Positions 1 through 9,819 of a stretch of DNA of 64,000 nt are shown one piece after another. The DNA is taken from positions 86,451-150,450 of the forward strand of contig CAMYKK010000001.1 in assembly GCA_947258975.1 (NCBI GenBank), given 5' to 3'. Made by a program: the position numbers and the translations under genes. The notes under the pieces are model-generated. The model saw only the letters and a list, made by a program, of their open reading frames with translations. It was not told the origin of the DNA and searched no databases. This stretch comes from an uncultured Gammaproteobacteria bacterium (GTDB lineage: Bacteria > Pseudomonadota > Gammaproteobacteria > Arenicellales > JAANXG01). Numbering within the stretch: position 1 is the first letter of the stretch; every line of letters starts with the position of its first letter.

Positions 1-2
1 TC

Positions 3-1313
3 TGCACCGCTGTCGCGTCCAATGAAGACCACTGCTCGGCGTGCCACATCGGTTATGGGTGGGCCGATGATAAGTTCGACTTTACCGTTCAGGAGAATGT
101 CGACTGCTTAGTGTGCCACGATACCACCGGTGCCTATAAGAAGCTTCCCGGCCTGGCGGGTCACCCCAACTATGAAACCATGGAATGGCCGCCGAAATCG
201 GGCCGCTTACGGCCACCGACGGATCTCAAGAAAGTGGCGCAAAATGTCGGCCAGACGAGCCGTAAGACCTGCGGCGCCTGCCACTTTCGCGGCGGCGGCG
301 GTGACGCAGTGAAGCACGGTGACCTGGACAGTTCGTTGGAGACTCCGCAGCGTTACCTCGATGTGCATATGGATGCGGATGGTCTGGATTTCGCTTGCTC
401 CAAGTGCCACGTTACCGACGCGCACGAAGTCCCCGGCAGCCGTTACGCACCGACTACCACCGACACCAACGGCGCACAGATGCGCGGCAGTAAGAAAATA
501 CGCAACCCGGTGACCTGTCAGGCATGCCACGGCAGCGCGCCCCATGGCAAGGCCGACGCCAAGCTCAACGACCATACTAAAAAGATTGCCTGTCAGACCT
601 GTCACATACCGGCCTATGCCCGCGGCCCGCGCCACGCGAAGATGAGTTGGGACTGGTCAACCGCGGGAAAGTTGGATGAGCACGGCACACGCATCAAGAC
701 GCGCAACAGTATTGGCAAGGTCGAATACGACAGCAATAAAGGTCATTTTACTTACGACCGTTACGTGATCCCCGAATACCAATGGTTTAACGGCAAAGTG
801 AAATACACCCTGTTCGGCGACCAGATCGATGCGTCAAACGTCGTCAAGATCAACGAGTTCTTGGGTGGCCCCGAAGACCCTGATGCCCGCATCTGGCCGG
901 TGCGCGTGTTCCGCGGCAAGCAGATGTATGACAAAGGACTTAACACCCTGGCCGTGCTCCACACCGCCGGGAATGACGACACCGCTTATTGGAAGAATTA
1001 CGACTGGGACAAGGCGTTGGCGGCGGGGATGAAAGCGGTCGGCGCCGAATACAGCGGCAGCATGGGTTTTGTTGCAACCGAAATGAGTTGGCCTATCACG
1101 CATATGGTGGCGCCAAAAGAGGATGCGCTGAAATGCGAACAGTGCCACGCCAAGGGCGGCCGCTTGGCCGGCATCGACGGAGCCTACATCCCGGCGCGCG
1201 ACCGCATCGTAGCTATGGACATGGCCGGTTTTTCCCTCGCGTTACTCGCGCTAATCTCGGTGCTTGTCCACGGCGCGATGCGCATATTTGTTAGCAGCAA
1301 GAATAAGGATTGA
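3..1313 (+). CDS. Multihaem c-type cytochrome, 5'-partial (octahaem tetrathionate-reductase-family-like) with C-terminal membrane anchor
   Basis: The frame of track ORF 111..1313 stays open back to nt 3 (CTAVASNEDHCSACHIGYGW..VDCLVCHD). Seven CxxCH haem motifs are visible (CSACH, CLVCH, CGACH, CSKCH, CQACH, CQTCH, CEQCH). There is a hydrophobic C-terminal helix FSLALLALISVLVHGAM. The Otr-like family call rests on motif pattern and memory only. Confidence 0.85.
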   Translation, partial: CTAVASNEDHCSACHIGYGWADDKFDFTVQENVDCLVCHDTTGAYKKLPGLAGHPNYETMEWPPKSGRLRPPTDLKKVAQNVGQTSRKTCGACHFRGGGGDAVKHGDLDSSLETPQRYLDVHMDADGLDFACSKCHVTDAHEVPGSRYAPTTTDTNGAQMRGSKKIRNPVTCQACHGSAPHGKADAKLNDHTKKIACQTCHIPAYARGPRHAKMSWDWSTAGKLDEHGTRIKTRNSIGKVEYDSNKGHFTYDRYVIPEYQWFNGKVKYTLFGDQIDASNVVKINEFLGGPEDPDARIWPVRVFRGKQMYDKGLNTLAVLHTAGNDDTAYWKNYDWDKALAAGMKAVGAEYSGSMGFVATEMSWPITHMVAPKEDALKCEQCHAKGGRLAGIDGAYIPARDRIVAMDMAGFSLALLALISVLVHGAMRIFVSSKNKD

Positions 1314-1316
1314 ACC

Positions 1317-1910
1317 ATGCAACGCATATACATTTTTAAAAGGTTCGAACGTTTTTGGCACTGGTCACAGGCGATGTTGATCATGTTTATGATGTTGACC
1401 GGTTTTGAGATCCACGGCACCTACACATGGTTTGGATTCCAGCGCGCGGTGGCGTATCACACCAGCGCCGCCTGGGTGTTGATCACATTGTGGATTTTCG
1501 CGATATTCTGGCACTTTACGACCGGGGAGTGGAAGCAATACAAACCCACAATGGAGAAGGCTGCGGCGGTGTTGCGGTATTACCTTACCGGAATCTTCAC
1601 CAACGCACCGCATCCATTCCGGCAGTCGACGTTGACCAAGCACAATCCACTGCAGCGGTTGGCGTATCTGTTTGTCAAGCTGGTGATCAACCCGTTGATC
1701 TGGTTGACCGGCCTGTTGTATTTGTTCTACGGCTCTTGGAGTAGCTGGGGCTTGAGCTGGCTCAGCCTGGAGTGGATAGCCATGGGCCACGTCATCGGTG
1801 CATTTTTGATGTTGATCTTCTTTATCGCCCACGTCTACCTCGCTACCGTTGGCCACACACCGACTGCGCACATCAAGGCAATGGTGACTGGTTGGGAGGA
1901 AATCGACTAA
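1317..1910 (+). CDS. Membrane b-type cytochrome subunit (PhsC/FdnI/hydrogenase cytochrome b-like)
   Basis: 197 aa with several TM helices. The N-terminal FKRFERFWHWSQAMLIMFMMLTG signature and the His-bearing helices (HVIGAFLMLIFFIAHVYLATVGH) are typical of prokaryotic cytochrome b561/PhsC-type subunits. It starts 3 nt after the multihaem cytochrome stop. Confidence 0.8.
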   Translation: MQRIYIFKRFERFWHWSQAMLIMFMMLTGFEIHGTYTWFGFQRAVAYHTSAAWVLITLWIFAIFWHFTTGEWKQYKPTMEKAAAVLRYYLTGIFTNAPHPFRQSTLTKHNPLQRLAYLFVKLVINPLIWLTGLLYLFYGSWSSWGLSWLSLEWIAMGHVIGAFLMLIFFIAHVYLATVGHTPTAHIKAMVTGWEEID

Positions 1911-2009
1911 TCCGCATGTTTAACCAAGGCGCCCAGCCGCCCGATCCATTCGCCATCGTGCGCAGATCCTGTGTGCAATAATTGGCTTGGATGACCGATC
2001 GGCCTTATA

Positions 2010-2474
2010 TCAGCCGGCGGCCAAAAACGCCTCGAGTATCTCGTATTGTTTCCTTGCCTCGGTGTCATCCGCACCCACCCCGTCGGCGATCTTCGCACAC
2101 ACCCGCGCCATGCGTGCGTTCATGGCCGTGCTCCATGCGACGCTACCGCCCGATCCGGCCTGCGGTTCGGGCGTCAGGCAGGCAACTGCGGCCGCGGCCA
2201 CGAAATGACTGGCCTGGCGGCGCCAATCTCCTTCCCGTCCGCACAGGGTATAGCTGTCTATTGCCGCTGCTTTGGCGGCTTTATAGCCGTCGGCGATCTC
2301 AGCTACCTCTGGCGGCTCGCTGGCGGCAACAAATGCCGCCGCCTTGGTCACCCGGGGATTGTCCGCAAGCTCAATGACGTGATCGATAAAGCGCTTACCG
2401 ACCCGTCTTTGCTGCGCCAAGGACAGTCCGGAAAGGGCCGCCTTGAACTCTGTATCGGAATGAATCCTGGTCAT
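2010..2474 (-). CDS. Hypothetical protein (154 aa)
   Basis: Track ORF 2010..2786 trimmed to the internal ATG at 2474 (MTRIHSDTEFKAAL..). The upstream 104 codons are Arg/Cys/Gly-rich and look non-coding. The remainder has a balanced, helix-rich composition. No family recognised. Confidence 0.45.
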   Translation of the reverse strand: MTRIHSDTEFKAALSGLSLAQQRRVGKRFIDHVIELADNPRVTKAAAFVAASEPPEVAEIADGYKAAKAAAIDSYTLCGREGDWRRQASHFVAAAAVACLTPEPQAGSGGSVAWSTAMNARMARVCAKIADGVGADDTEARKQYEILEAFLAAG

Positions 2475-2971
2475 GTTCTGGTCTTCGCCCCGGAACGTTT
2501 CGTCTTGATTCGATCCATCGCCGCATGTGCCCGGCCTGCGGTAAGCTGCCGTGATCCCGCCGGTTCCAACGCGCGCCCACGGCGTCCACGCGCCGCACTT
2601 TTTTATCACTGCCGCATCAATCCGGCTTTGACGCAAATCAAACTTACGCGCGGTCGCATCCAAGTAATGTGGAGCTGCAGGAGCAAGAATAAAAGCGCAT
2701 AGTTTCGTGGACCCATGCCTTTGCGGCAGGCACGTGCAAGGTGCGGTTGAATTTTGCGTATTCACGTGCCAACAGATGCCGCACAAGATTAAGGCCGGCC
2801 CTTGCGGCGTCTGATCGGATCCTTGATTTTAGTCTTCGATCACAGTCCGATTATCGTCCATAATCGCGGATCACGTACCGTGCCGATCTGCGCTGCACGT
2901 GTTGGCCACAAACTGCGTCAAGCGCGAAGAGACCATAAATAGTAATAACAACCAGGACCGAAGGCTGACTT

Positions 2972-3685
2972 ATGCTGTCATTGATTAGATCGAGCATTCG
3001 CGATCTTCTGCCAATATTCCTGGTCGTTGCTTTCTTCCAATTTGTGATTTTGCGCCAACCGATCCCGAACATGGATGATCTTCTAATCGGTGCCGCACTG
3101 GTCGTGTTTGGACTCACGTTTTTCACGCGCGGGTTGGAACAAGGTTTATTTCCCATCGGCGAGTCCATCGCGCACGCATTCGCGCGTAAGGGGAGTTTGG
3201 TATGGCTGCTGATATTCGCATTCGCCCTTGGATTTGGCACCACGATTGCCGAGCCGGCGCTGATCGCCATCGCCGACGAAGCCGCCAAAGTGGCCGCGCA
3301 GACTGGTGCCATAGAGTCAGATGCGGCGTCAATGCGTAACTACAGCCGCGGGTTGCGGGTGACGGTGGCATTTTCTGTCGGCGTCGCCATTGTGGTTGGT
3401 GTGTTCCGCATTCTCAAGGGATGGCCGCTCCACTACCTCATCATTGGTGGCTACATCGGGGTGGTGTTAATCACTATTTTCGCCCCACCGGAGATCATCG
3501 GTATTGCCTATGATTCGGGGGGGGTCACCACCTCCACCGTTACAGTGCCGATGGTGACGGCACTGGGTGTCGGCCTGGCCACGAGCATTCGCGGACGAAA
3601 TCCCTTGACGGACGGTTTTGGACTGATCGCCTTCGCGTCGTTGACGCCGATGATATTCGTGATGATCTACGGGATGTTCATCTGA
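2972..3685 (+). CDS. Polytopic membrane protein, DUF1538-like (copy 1)
   Basis: 237 aa and multi-TM. It shares GLE(Q/R)xLFPxG, TT(I/L)AEPALIA and [15 protein letters not shown] motifs with the next gene. I recall this signature as DUF1538 (from memory). It overlaps the next gene by 1 nt (TGATG). Confidence 0.8.
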   Translation: MLSLIRSSIRDLLPIFLVVAFFQFVILRQPIPNMDDLLIGAALVVFGLTFFTRGLEQGLFPIGESIAHAFARKGSLVWLLIFAFALGFGTTIAEPALIAIADEAAKVAAQTGAIESDAASMRNYSRGLRVTVAFSVGVAIVVGVFRILKGWPLHYLIIGGYIGVVLITIFAPPEIIGIAYDSGGVTTSTVTVPMVTALGVGLATSIRGRNPLTDGFGLIAFASLTPMIFVMIYGMFI

Positions 3686-4485
3686 TGGATCTCGCCACCG
3701 CACTCGCGCATACCTTATACGCAACGCTGCACGACGTATTTCCCATTGTCGCGGTGGTGATCGGTTTCCAGGTCCTGGTACTGCGGCGGCCAATTCGGAA
3801 TGCCGGTAAATCGCTCATCGGATTCGTGTACGTCTTGATCGGCCTCACGCTGTTTTTGGCGGGTCTGGAACGTGCTTTATTCCCGCTCGGTAAATTAATG
3901 GCATACCAGCTGACGAGCCCGAACTTCCTCGGGGGTGACCCAGTTTCCACCGAGGGGCTGGTGCGCTGGCAAGACTATGTGTGGGTCTATGTATTCGCCG
4001 CGGCGATCGGTTTTGCCACCACCCTCGCCGAGCCGGCACTCATCGCGGTGGCGGTCAAGGCACAGAGTGTCTCCGGTGGCACTGTCCGGGTGTGGGGGCT
4101 GCGGGTGGCGGTGGCGCTGGGGGTGGCCCTGGGCGTTGCGCTCGGTACGTATCGCATCGTAACCGGCACACCTCTCCACTACTACATCATCGCCGGGTAC
4201 GTGATCGTGGTCATACAGACGGTGTTTGCGCCACGGTCGATCATTCCACTTGCCTATGACTCTGGAGGCGTGACGACTTCTACGGTGACTGTGCCGTTGG
4301 TCGCCGCCTTGGGATTGGGGCTTGCGAGCACGGTCCCCGGGCGCAACGTGTTGATCGACGGATTCGGGCTGATCGCATTCGCGAGTTTATTTCCGATTAT
4401 CACCGTGATGGCGTACGCCCAGCTCAGCGAGTGGTGGTCCGGGCGGCATCGGCCGCAGGCAGACTCGAAGGACAACATCAACTAA
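3685..4485 (+). CDS. Polytopic membrane protein, DUF1538-like (copy 2)
   Basis: 266 aa paralogue of 2972..3685 with the same three motifs ([39 protein letters not shown]). Confidence 0.8.
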   Translation: MDLATALAHTLYATLHDVFPIVAVVIGFQVLVLRRPIRNAGKSLIGFVYVLIGLTLFLAGLERALFPLGKLMAYQLTSPNFLGGDPVSTEGLVRWQDYVWVYVFAAAIGFATTLAEPALIAVAVKAQSVSGGTVRVWGLRVAVALGVALGVALGTYRIVTGTPLHYYIIAGYVIVVIQTVFAPRSIIPLAYDSGGVTTSTVTVPLVAALGLGLASTVPGRNVLIDGFGLIAFASLFPIITVMAYAQLSEWWSGRHRPQADSKDNIN

Positions 4486-4513
4486 GGCTCATAACTACGA
4501 GAGGTAGATCATC

Positions 4514-4864
4514 ATGCATTTCAAGTTACTCATCGCGCTCGTGGACGACGACAAGACCAAAGCTGTCATGAATGCCGCGCGCAAGGCGGGTGCTACCGGC
4601 GCCACGGTGCTGAATCAAGTCCGTGGTGAAGGCCTGGAGGCACCCAAGACTTTTCTCGGCTTGAGCCTCGAGACCCAACGGGACATGCTGTTGTTTCTCG
4701 TAGAGGAACATCTAAGCCGCAACATACTCGAAAAAATCGCCGAGATTGGTGAGTTCGATCGCCAGCCGGGAGCCGGCATCGCGTTTCAAATCGATGTCGA
4801 AGATGCCGTGGGAATAGCTCATCAGATGGAACAACTCACAGAGATCGTTGAGGAGCGGTTATGA
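4514..4864 (+). CDS. P-II-like signal-transduction protein
   Basis: 116 aa. The N-terminus MHFKLLIALVDDDKTKAVMNAARKAGATGATVLNQVRGEG follows the GlnB/K beta-alpha-beta pattern, with a short T-loop region. It has a 4-nt ATGA overlap with the downstream CBS gene. Confidence 0.7.
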   Translation: MHFKLLIALVDDDKTKAVMNAARKAGATGATVLNQVRGEGLEAPKTFLGLSLETQRDMLLFLVEEHLSRNILEKIAEIGEFDRQPGAGIAFQIDVEDAVGIAHQMEQLTEIVEERL

Positions 4865-5262
4865 CAAATCGAGGCATAGTTCGAGCGCGCGACGTCATGA
4901 CCGATAAGTTCCAGACTGTAGATGGCCTGACCACCGTACATGATGCGCTGCGGGTCATGAAGCAAGAAGGTGCCGAGGCCTTGCTGGTCGACAAGCGCAG
5001 TGAAGACGACGAATACGGTATTGTATTGTTATCGGACATGGCCCGTCAGGTGCTCGCCCAGGACCGTTCGCCGCGACGCGTTAATATTTACGAAATCATG
5101 TCGAAACCCGTCATCTCGGTGGACCCGGACATGGATATTCGCTACTGCGCGCGGCTGTTCGACAAATTCGGTCTGGCGTTAGCGCCGGTAATTGATCACG
5201 GGAAGTTGGCCGGGCTGATTAGTTATGCCGACATGGTCATGTACGGTTTCGATGTCGATTAG
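4861..5262 (+). CDS. CBS-pair domain protein
   Basis: 133 aa with two CBS-type repeats (VMTDKFQTVDGLTTVHDALRVMKQEG.. and IMSKPVISVDPDMDIRYCARLFDKFGLALAPVIDHGKLAGLISYADM). Confidence 0.8.
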   Translation: MTNRGIVRARDVMTDKFQTVDGLTTVHDALRVMKQEGAEALLVDKRSEDDEYGIVLLSDMARQVLAQDRSPRRVNIYEIMSKPVISVDPDMDIRYCARLFDKFGLALAPVIDHGKLAGLISYADMVMYGFDVD

Positions 5263-5297
5263 CGAGTAGGCAATATCAGCCAATGTTCAGCGGCGGA

Positions 5298-6266
5298 CTA
5301 GAATCGAGCGCGGAAACTGAGCGCGAGAAAAGCGGCGTCTTCATGTTCATCCTCAAGGATTCGATTACCGCTGTTGTCGTCGAGGCGAAGCTCCCCTTCC
5401 AGCTCCATACCGCCCACGATGGTCAATTCAGTCGTGGGATTGAAGCGATACGTTGCGCCCAGAAAAGTCGGGAGCGAACGATCCTCACCGACGCCCCGTG
5501 GCGCAGGTCCGTTCTCATCAAGGCGGAAACGGAGTTTTTCGTAGCGGACGCCCAGCAGATATCTCCATTTACTGTGGGTCCGCCAGTTTAGTGTAAGCCC
5601 GGGGCCCGCTGTCGCCGCCAACCCGCGGCCGGTTTCGAGACTGAGCCGATCGGTGATCTTCCAGTTGATCAACACGATCGGAAATATGTCGGTACTATCT
5701 TCGATACCCGTCAACACCCCAACACCGGGTCCGATACTCAGGCGATCGCTGACGCGGTAGCTAATACCGCCTAGAGCGCCGCCACTAACGCCGTCATCAA
5801 GACTGGCGCTGCTCTCCGCCGCAAAACGAAGCGTGGGCAAAATGAACATCGTGTATTTGTCATCGAAGCGATAACGCACCGGCAAACCGAATCGCAGTGT
5901 ATCGATGTCTTGCCACGGTGCGAGACCACCCAAACCGGCTGTCCCCGAAAAATCATAACTGTGGCGGCCATAACCGATCGAGATTGTCACGCGCCGGCCT
6001 GGTGTCGGCGTATGCGTTGCGCCACCTTGAATGAAGAAACGCTTGACGCTGAATGCCCCCCCGGCGTTCATGTCGGTGTCAAATTGACGGACCACCCCGC
6101 CTTGTAATGATGTTGACCAACCTGGCCGAAAATTGCCTACTGACGCGCTGTCACCGGTTTTGGCTTGGTCGGCTTCCACGATACCTGTCGCCGTGAGCAA
6201 CACCAACAGTACTGTAAGCGGTAGACAACGACCGGATCGGCTATTCGATTTGTTGGTTGCACGCAA
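5298..6266 (-). CDS. Outer-membrane beta-barrel protein
   Basis: Signal peptide (..LPLTVLLVLLTATGIVEA), alternating hydrophobic beta-strand pattern, Gly/aromatic-rich composition, and a C-terminal ..LSFRARF with terminal Phe typical of OMPs. Confidence 0.65.
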   Translation of the reverse strand: MRATNKSNSRSGRCLPLTVLLVLLTATGIVEADQAKTGDSASVGNFRPGWSTSLQGGVVRQFDTDMNAGGAFSVKRFFIQGGATHTPTPGRRVTISIGYGRHSYDFSGTAGLGGLAPWQDIDTLRFGLPVRYRFDDKYTMFILPTLRFAAESSASLDDGVSGGALGGISYRVSDRLSIGPGVGVLTGIEDSTDIFPIVLINWKITDRLSLETGRGLAATAGPGLTLNWRTHSKWRYLLGVRYEKLRFRLDENGPAPRGVGEDRSLPTFLGATYRFNPTTELTIVGGMELEGELRLDDNSGNRILEDEHEDAAFLALSFRARF

Positions 6267-6683
6267 TAGCGAATTCAGGCCCCAGGGTTGTTGTTCTCGT
6301 CGTTCGAATTATGCCACGTCTCGTCTATCCGGGTGTCCCGCACGGAGTGTATGCCGGGCCGTGTCCCGCTTGCAGTTCTCGGCATCAGTTACTCCATGCC
6401 GCAGTCGTCGATTTATACTACCGCGTAAGGTACAGGGGTTAACCGCACTGCCGCGGTGCAACGGCGGCGAAACCTTCCCTTGAAACCCATCAATTTACAG
6501 GGGAATGGGACGTAATCTCATGCTGGAATGGCTTTATTGCTTGCCACCGACGGGGCTCATGGTTTATACAGCCGTCTAGCGGGCGTTAGACGCGTGCACA
6601 CAATCGTCACGTCAGGTAAATTACCGAGAGGGCGCCTCCTGTGTCCTCCAAGCCCTCGAACGACAACGTTTTAAGGAGCACCA

Positions 6684-6977
6684 ATGAATAAGAATGAGAT
6701 GGCCGAGAAACTCGCCAAGAAATGTGACCTGTCACAGGCCAAGGCCCAAGAGGTCGTAAGTTGTATTTTCGACACCAAGCCGGGATCAGGCGTGATCGCC
6801 ACCGAGCTTGATGCCGACCGCAAGGTGCAGATTGCCGGGTTCGGTACCTTCGGCGCCAAGAGCCGTGCTGCGCGCCAGGGGCGCAATCCAGCCACCGGCG
6901 CAACGATTACCATCGCGGCGAAGAAATATCCTTTTTTTAAAGCGGGCAAGGGACTAAAAGATCGAGTCGAACAGTAG
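6684..6977 (+). CDS. HU-family nucleoid-associated DNA-binding protein
   Basis: 97 aa. MNKNEMAEKLA.., the arm motif GFGTFGAKSRAARQGRNPATGATITIAAKKYPFFKAGKGLK matches HU/IHF. AAGGAG Shine-Dalgarno upstream. Confidence 0.9.
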   Translation: MNKNEMAEKLAKKCDLSQAKAQEVVSCIFDTKPGSGVIATELDADRKVQIAGFGTFGAKSRAARQGRNPATGATITIAAKKYPFFKAGKGLKDRVEQ

Positions 6978-7360
6978 TTCGGATTGGTCTTGCTGAGGCG
7001 ACCGGTTATCGCACGGAAGACCATCAGTGTTTGACTCCGTCGCGACACCAGCGTCGCGCGTAGCGGGCATAAGACACCGGTCGCGGAGGCGAAACAGGTT
7101 TCCCGTGTGTATGGTACGGGCGCCTCTTCGGTGGCAGGTATAGGCTGCGCTTGCAAGGCAGCTCGCTGCGTATTCAGACTGGCCGTCAACGGGATTGACG
7201 GGGCAGGTGGGCGGCTGGTGTGTGCGGGGTACGCTCACACCTTAACGCGCAGTGCGCGGTCGCCCTGGAAAGTGTCTGCTGCTCGATCCCTTGTTCATCT
7301 TCCGGGACCCTTGTTGCCATAGACGGACTAGCGTCATGGTCACGTAGTTCGACCACCCAC

Positions 7361-8902
7361 ATGCTGCCGGCGCTCGCTTTGGCGTCTGGTTTTCTGTTGG
7401 CGTCGTTTACCGAAAGCACGAGCGGCGGGGTTCCCGGATTTGTCAGAGTTAGCGGCGACAAGGTGCTTGATGGCGCCGGAGCGGCTCTGGTCTTGAAAGG
7501 CTTCAACATCGCATTCAAGGATTTCAAGGACACGCTCGGAGAGACCGATCTGCAACGTGTCGCGGCCACGGGCGCAAACAGCATTCGGTTGGTCCTAAGT
7601 TACCGCCAATTGGAATCATCGCCCTTCCGGTACGACGAGGCGGGCTTTGCGCTCCTCGATGCGATTGTCGCTTGGTGTGAAAAGTATAAAGTCTATCTGA
7701 TCCTGGACATGCACCTCGCTCCGGGCATACAGAACCCTCACGACTTCGTTGTTCACCGGGAAAAGTCGTATCGATTTTGGCGTGAGACGCAATACCAGGA
7801 GCGCTTCTACGCGTTGTGGAAGGTGATCGCCGCACGCTACGCGCAGCGGAAAATTATCGCCGCATACGACCTGCTTAATGAGGGGACGGCGCCCGATGCC
7901 GCGCAATATTTAAAGGTCATGAACACTGCCGCGGGTGAGATTCGCATGCACGATGGCAATCATATGTTAATCGTCCAAGAGGCGGTGTCGCCAACTCGCG
8001 GTAAGCGGCTGCTTCCCATAGAAGATGACAATGTCCTCTACAGTATTCATTTTTTCTACCCGCCCCGGTTCACGTTCTATACCACGACCCGGGAACGTCC
8101 AATCACCCGCTATCCCGGGCGGATGGTGACCAGCGGGGAAGTCATTGCGGTTGCGGGATCAGAACGTTTGGCGGGAAGCGGCGACTGGCGGCGTTTGACG
8201 CTTGAAGCGATGCCACCTGATGACGCCGAAATATTGCGGGTCATCCTGTCATCGGACGAGCCCCATGGCGCCGTTTGGTTCGATGATGTGGTACTCGAGG
8301 CCGACGGACATGCCGTTGACCTGCCCGCACCGTTGGTGGCAAACAATTCGTTCGAGATCGATTATCCAGGGATCAGCTGGGAGAGTCGTGGCGCTTGCGG
8401 GCGGGTCGCCGATACCGATGCAAGAGTCGGACGCCGTGCAGTGGTGTTTTCGCAATGTACCGGGCGGGGCTCCATGCTCAGCAGCCCTATTGAAGTGGGA
8501 AGCGGCGCGTATACACTCTCTGCGTGGGTCAAGACGGATCGCGCGCGCGGGGATAATCGTCTCGTGCTTTCCTGGCACAAGCGTAAGACGCTGGCAACCA
8601 TCAATCGGTCAACGCTGCGGAAAAGAATCGACTATGCCTTGCGCTTCAAGTCCCGCCACCGGGCGCCGGTCTATGTGGGCGAGTTCACTGCCCATGCGAA
8701 CCCGACCAGCGACAGCGCCAACAATTACCTGAAGGATATTCTGGACATTATGGAAAGCGCGGGCCTGCACTGGAGCTACTGGACGTATTACTCCGAATAT
8801 CCGGGGATTGGGATCTACACCGGTGAAGATCCGTATCTTGCAAGGGCCGACAGTCTGCAATTGATCGAAAGCTACATGTCAAAGTCCACACCAACGCGTT
8901 GA
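7361..8902 (+). CDS. Glycoside hydrolase family 5 (cellulase-like) with inserted CBM-like segment
   Basis: Trimmed to the ATG at 7361, which gives the signal-like MLPALALASGFLLASF. GH5 motifs present: NSIRLVLSY, YLILDMH, acid/base LLNEG, HFFYPP, nucleophile VYVGEFTAH. A ~170-aa segment carrying WFDDVVLEADG and NNSFE..YTLSAWVK lies between HFFYPP and GEF. Confidence 0.8.
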   Translation: MLPALALASGFLLASFTESTSGGVPGFVRVSGDKVLDGAGAALVLKGFNIAFKDFKDTLGETDLQRVAATGANSIRLVLSYRQLESSPFRYDEAGFALLDAIVAWCEKYKVYLILDMHLAPGIQNPHDFVVHREKSYRFWRETQYQERFYALWKVIAARYAQRKIIAAYDLLNEGTAPDAAQYLKVMNTAAGEIRMHDGNHMLIVQEAVSPTRGKRLLPIEDDNVLYSIHFFYPPRFTFYTTTRERPITRYPGRMVTSGEVIAVAGSERLAGSGDWRRLTLEAMPPDDAEILRVILSSDEPHGAVWFDDVVLEADGHAVDLPAPLVANNSFEIDYPGISWESRGACGRVADTDARVGRRAVVFSQCTGRGSMLSSPIEVGSGAYTLSAWVKTDRARGDNRLVLSWHKRKTLATINRSTLRKRIDYALRFKSRHRAPVYVGEFTAHANPTSDSANNYLKDILDIMESAGLHWSYWTYYSEYPGIGIYTGEDPYLARADSLQLIESYMSKSTPTR

Positions 8903-9243
8903 TGCGACGTTATGACGCCGCCGCGGTGGGCCGATTCCGCGGTAAAACGCACCGGCGAACAGCTGGCGAATTTAGCATCTCAAACTGAGGCCTGGAGATG
9001 CCTGTTGACGGCGCGCCCGGCAGAGCCAATATATTAACGCCGCAACGCATTTATAATTCCTTCCATTAACACGATAGCGCAGACTTTGCCGGCTGATGAG
9101 CGCGTGTCTCAGTAGTGCAGCATGTCAGCGCGTGGCGCCTTGGCGCTAGAGCAGCTCGGATGGTATCGGCGGCGCCGATGCTGAACTTTTAGTCTAGTTT
9201 TTGGTCAATTCGTGAACTTCTATTTTTGTCAATGGAGACTTGA

Positions 9244-9819
9244 GTGTTGATAAACACGAAATCACTTGTGATCAGCGGAGCGCTTCTCACTGCGGCAACA
9301 CAACCGGTGCAGGCAGCGGATTACAAGATCGATCCCTCCCACTCCTTCGTCGAGTTCCGTATTCAGCATCTCGGTTATAGTTGGTTGTATGGCCGCTTCA
9401 ACACCATCAGTGGGTCGTTCAGCCATGACCCCAATGCACCCGAAGACAACAAGATCTCGGTCGAGATCGATACCGCGAGTGTGGACACCAACCATGCTGA
9501 TCGCGACAAGCATCTACGCAACGAGGATTTTCTGCATGTAAGGAAATTTCCCAAGGCCACGTTTGAAAGCATCAAGTTCATTGGATCAGTTGACGAAGGC
9601 GTACTGCATGGGACATTGACACTGAACGGTGTTAGCAAGCCGGTCGAGATCAAAGTGAGGAAGCTGGGTGAAGGTAAGGATCCCTGGGGCGGTTATCGTG
9701 CTGGTTTTGTCGGTACTGTGAAACTGGTGCGCAAAGATTTCGGCATGACATACCAACTGGGTCCCCAAAGCGAAGACATGGAGCTGGAACTCGGTATCGA
9801 GGGTATTCGTCGGAAATAG
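9244..9819 (+). CDS. YceI-family periplasmic (polyisoprenoid-binding) protein
   Basis: Signal peptide ..LLTAATQPVQA. YKIDPSHSFVEFRIQHLGYSWLYGRF and NHADRDKHLR are typical of YceI-like proteins. Non-ATG (GTG/TTG) start. Confidence 0.85.
   Translation: MLINTKSLVISGALLTAATQPVQAADYKIDPSHSFVEFRIQHLGYSWLYGRFNTISGSFSHDPNAPEDNKISVEIDTASVDTNHADRDKHLRNEDFLHVRKFPKATFESIKFIGSVDEGVLHGTLTLNGVSKPVEIKVRKLGEGKDPWGGYRAGFVGTVKLVRKDFGMTYQLGPQSEDMELELGIEGIRRK

Noticed and set aside
1339-1352. ggttcgaac, a T-loop-like string that might suggest a tRNA
   Set aside because: It lies inside the cytochrome b CDS, and no acceptor, D or anticodon arms can be drawn around it. I recognised no tRNA anywhere in the window.
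6985-7035. Possible hairpin (tggtctt..aagacca) downstream of the HU gene as a rho-independent terminator
   Set aside because: It has a 7-bp stem with a long 21-nt loop and only a weak T tract. That is not convincing enough to annotate.
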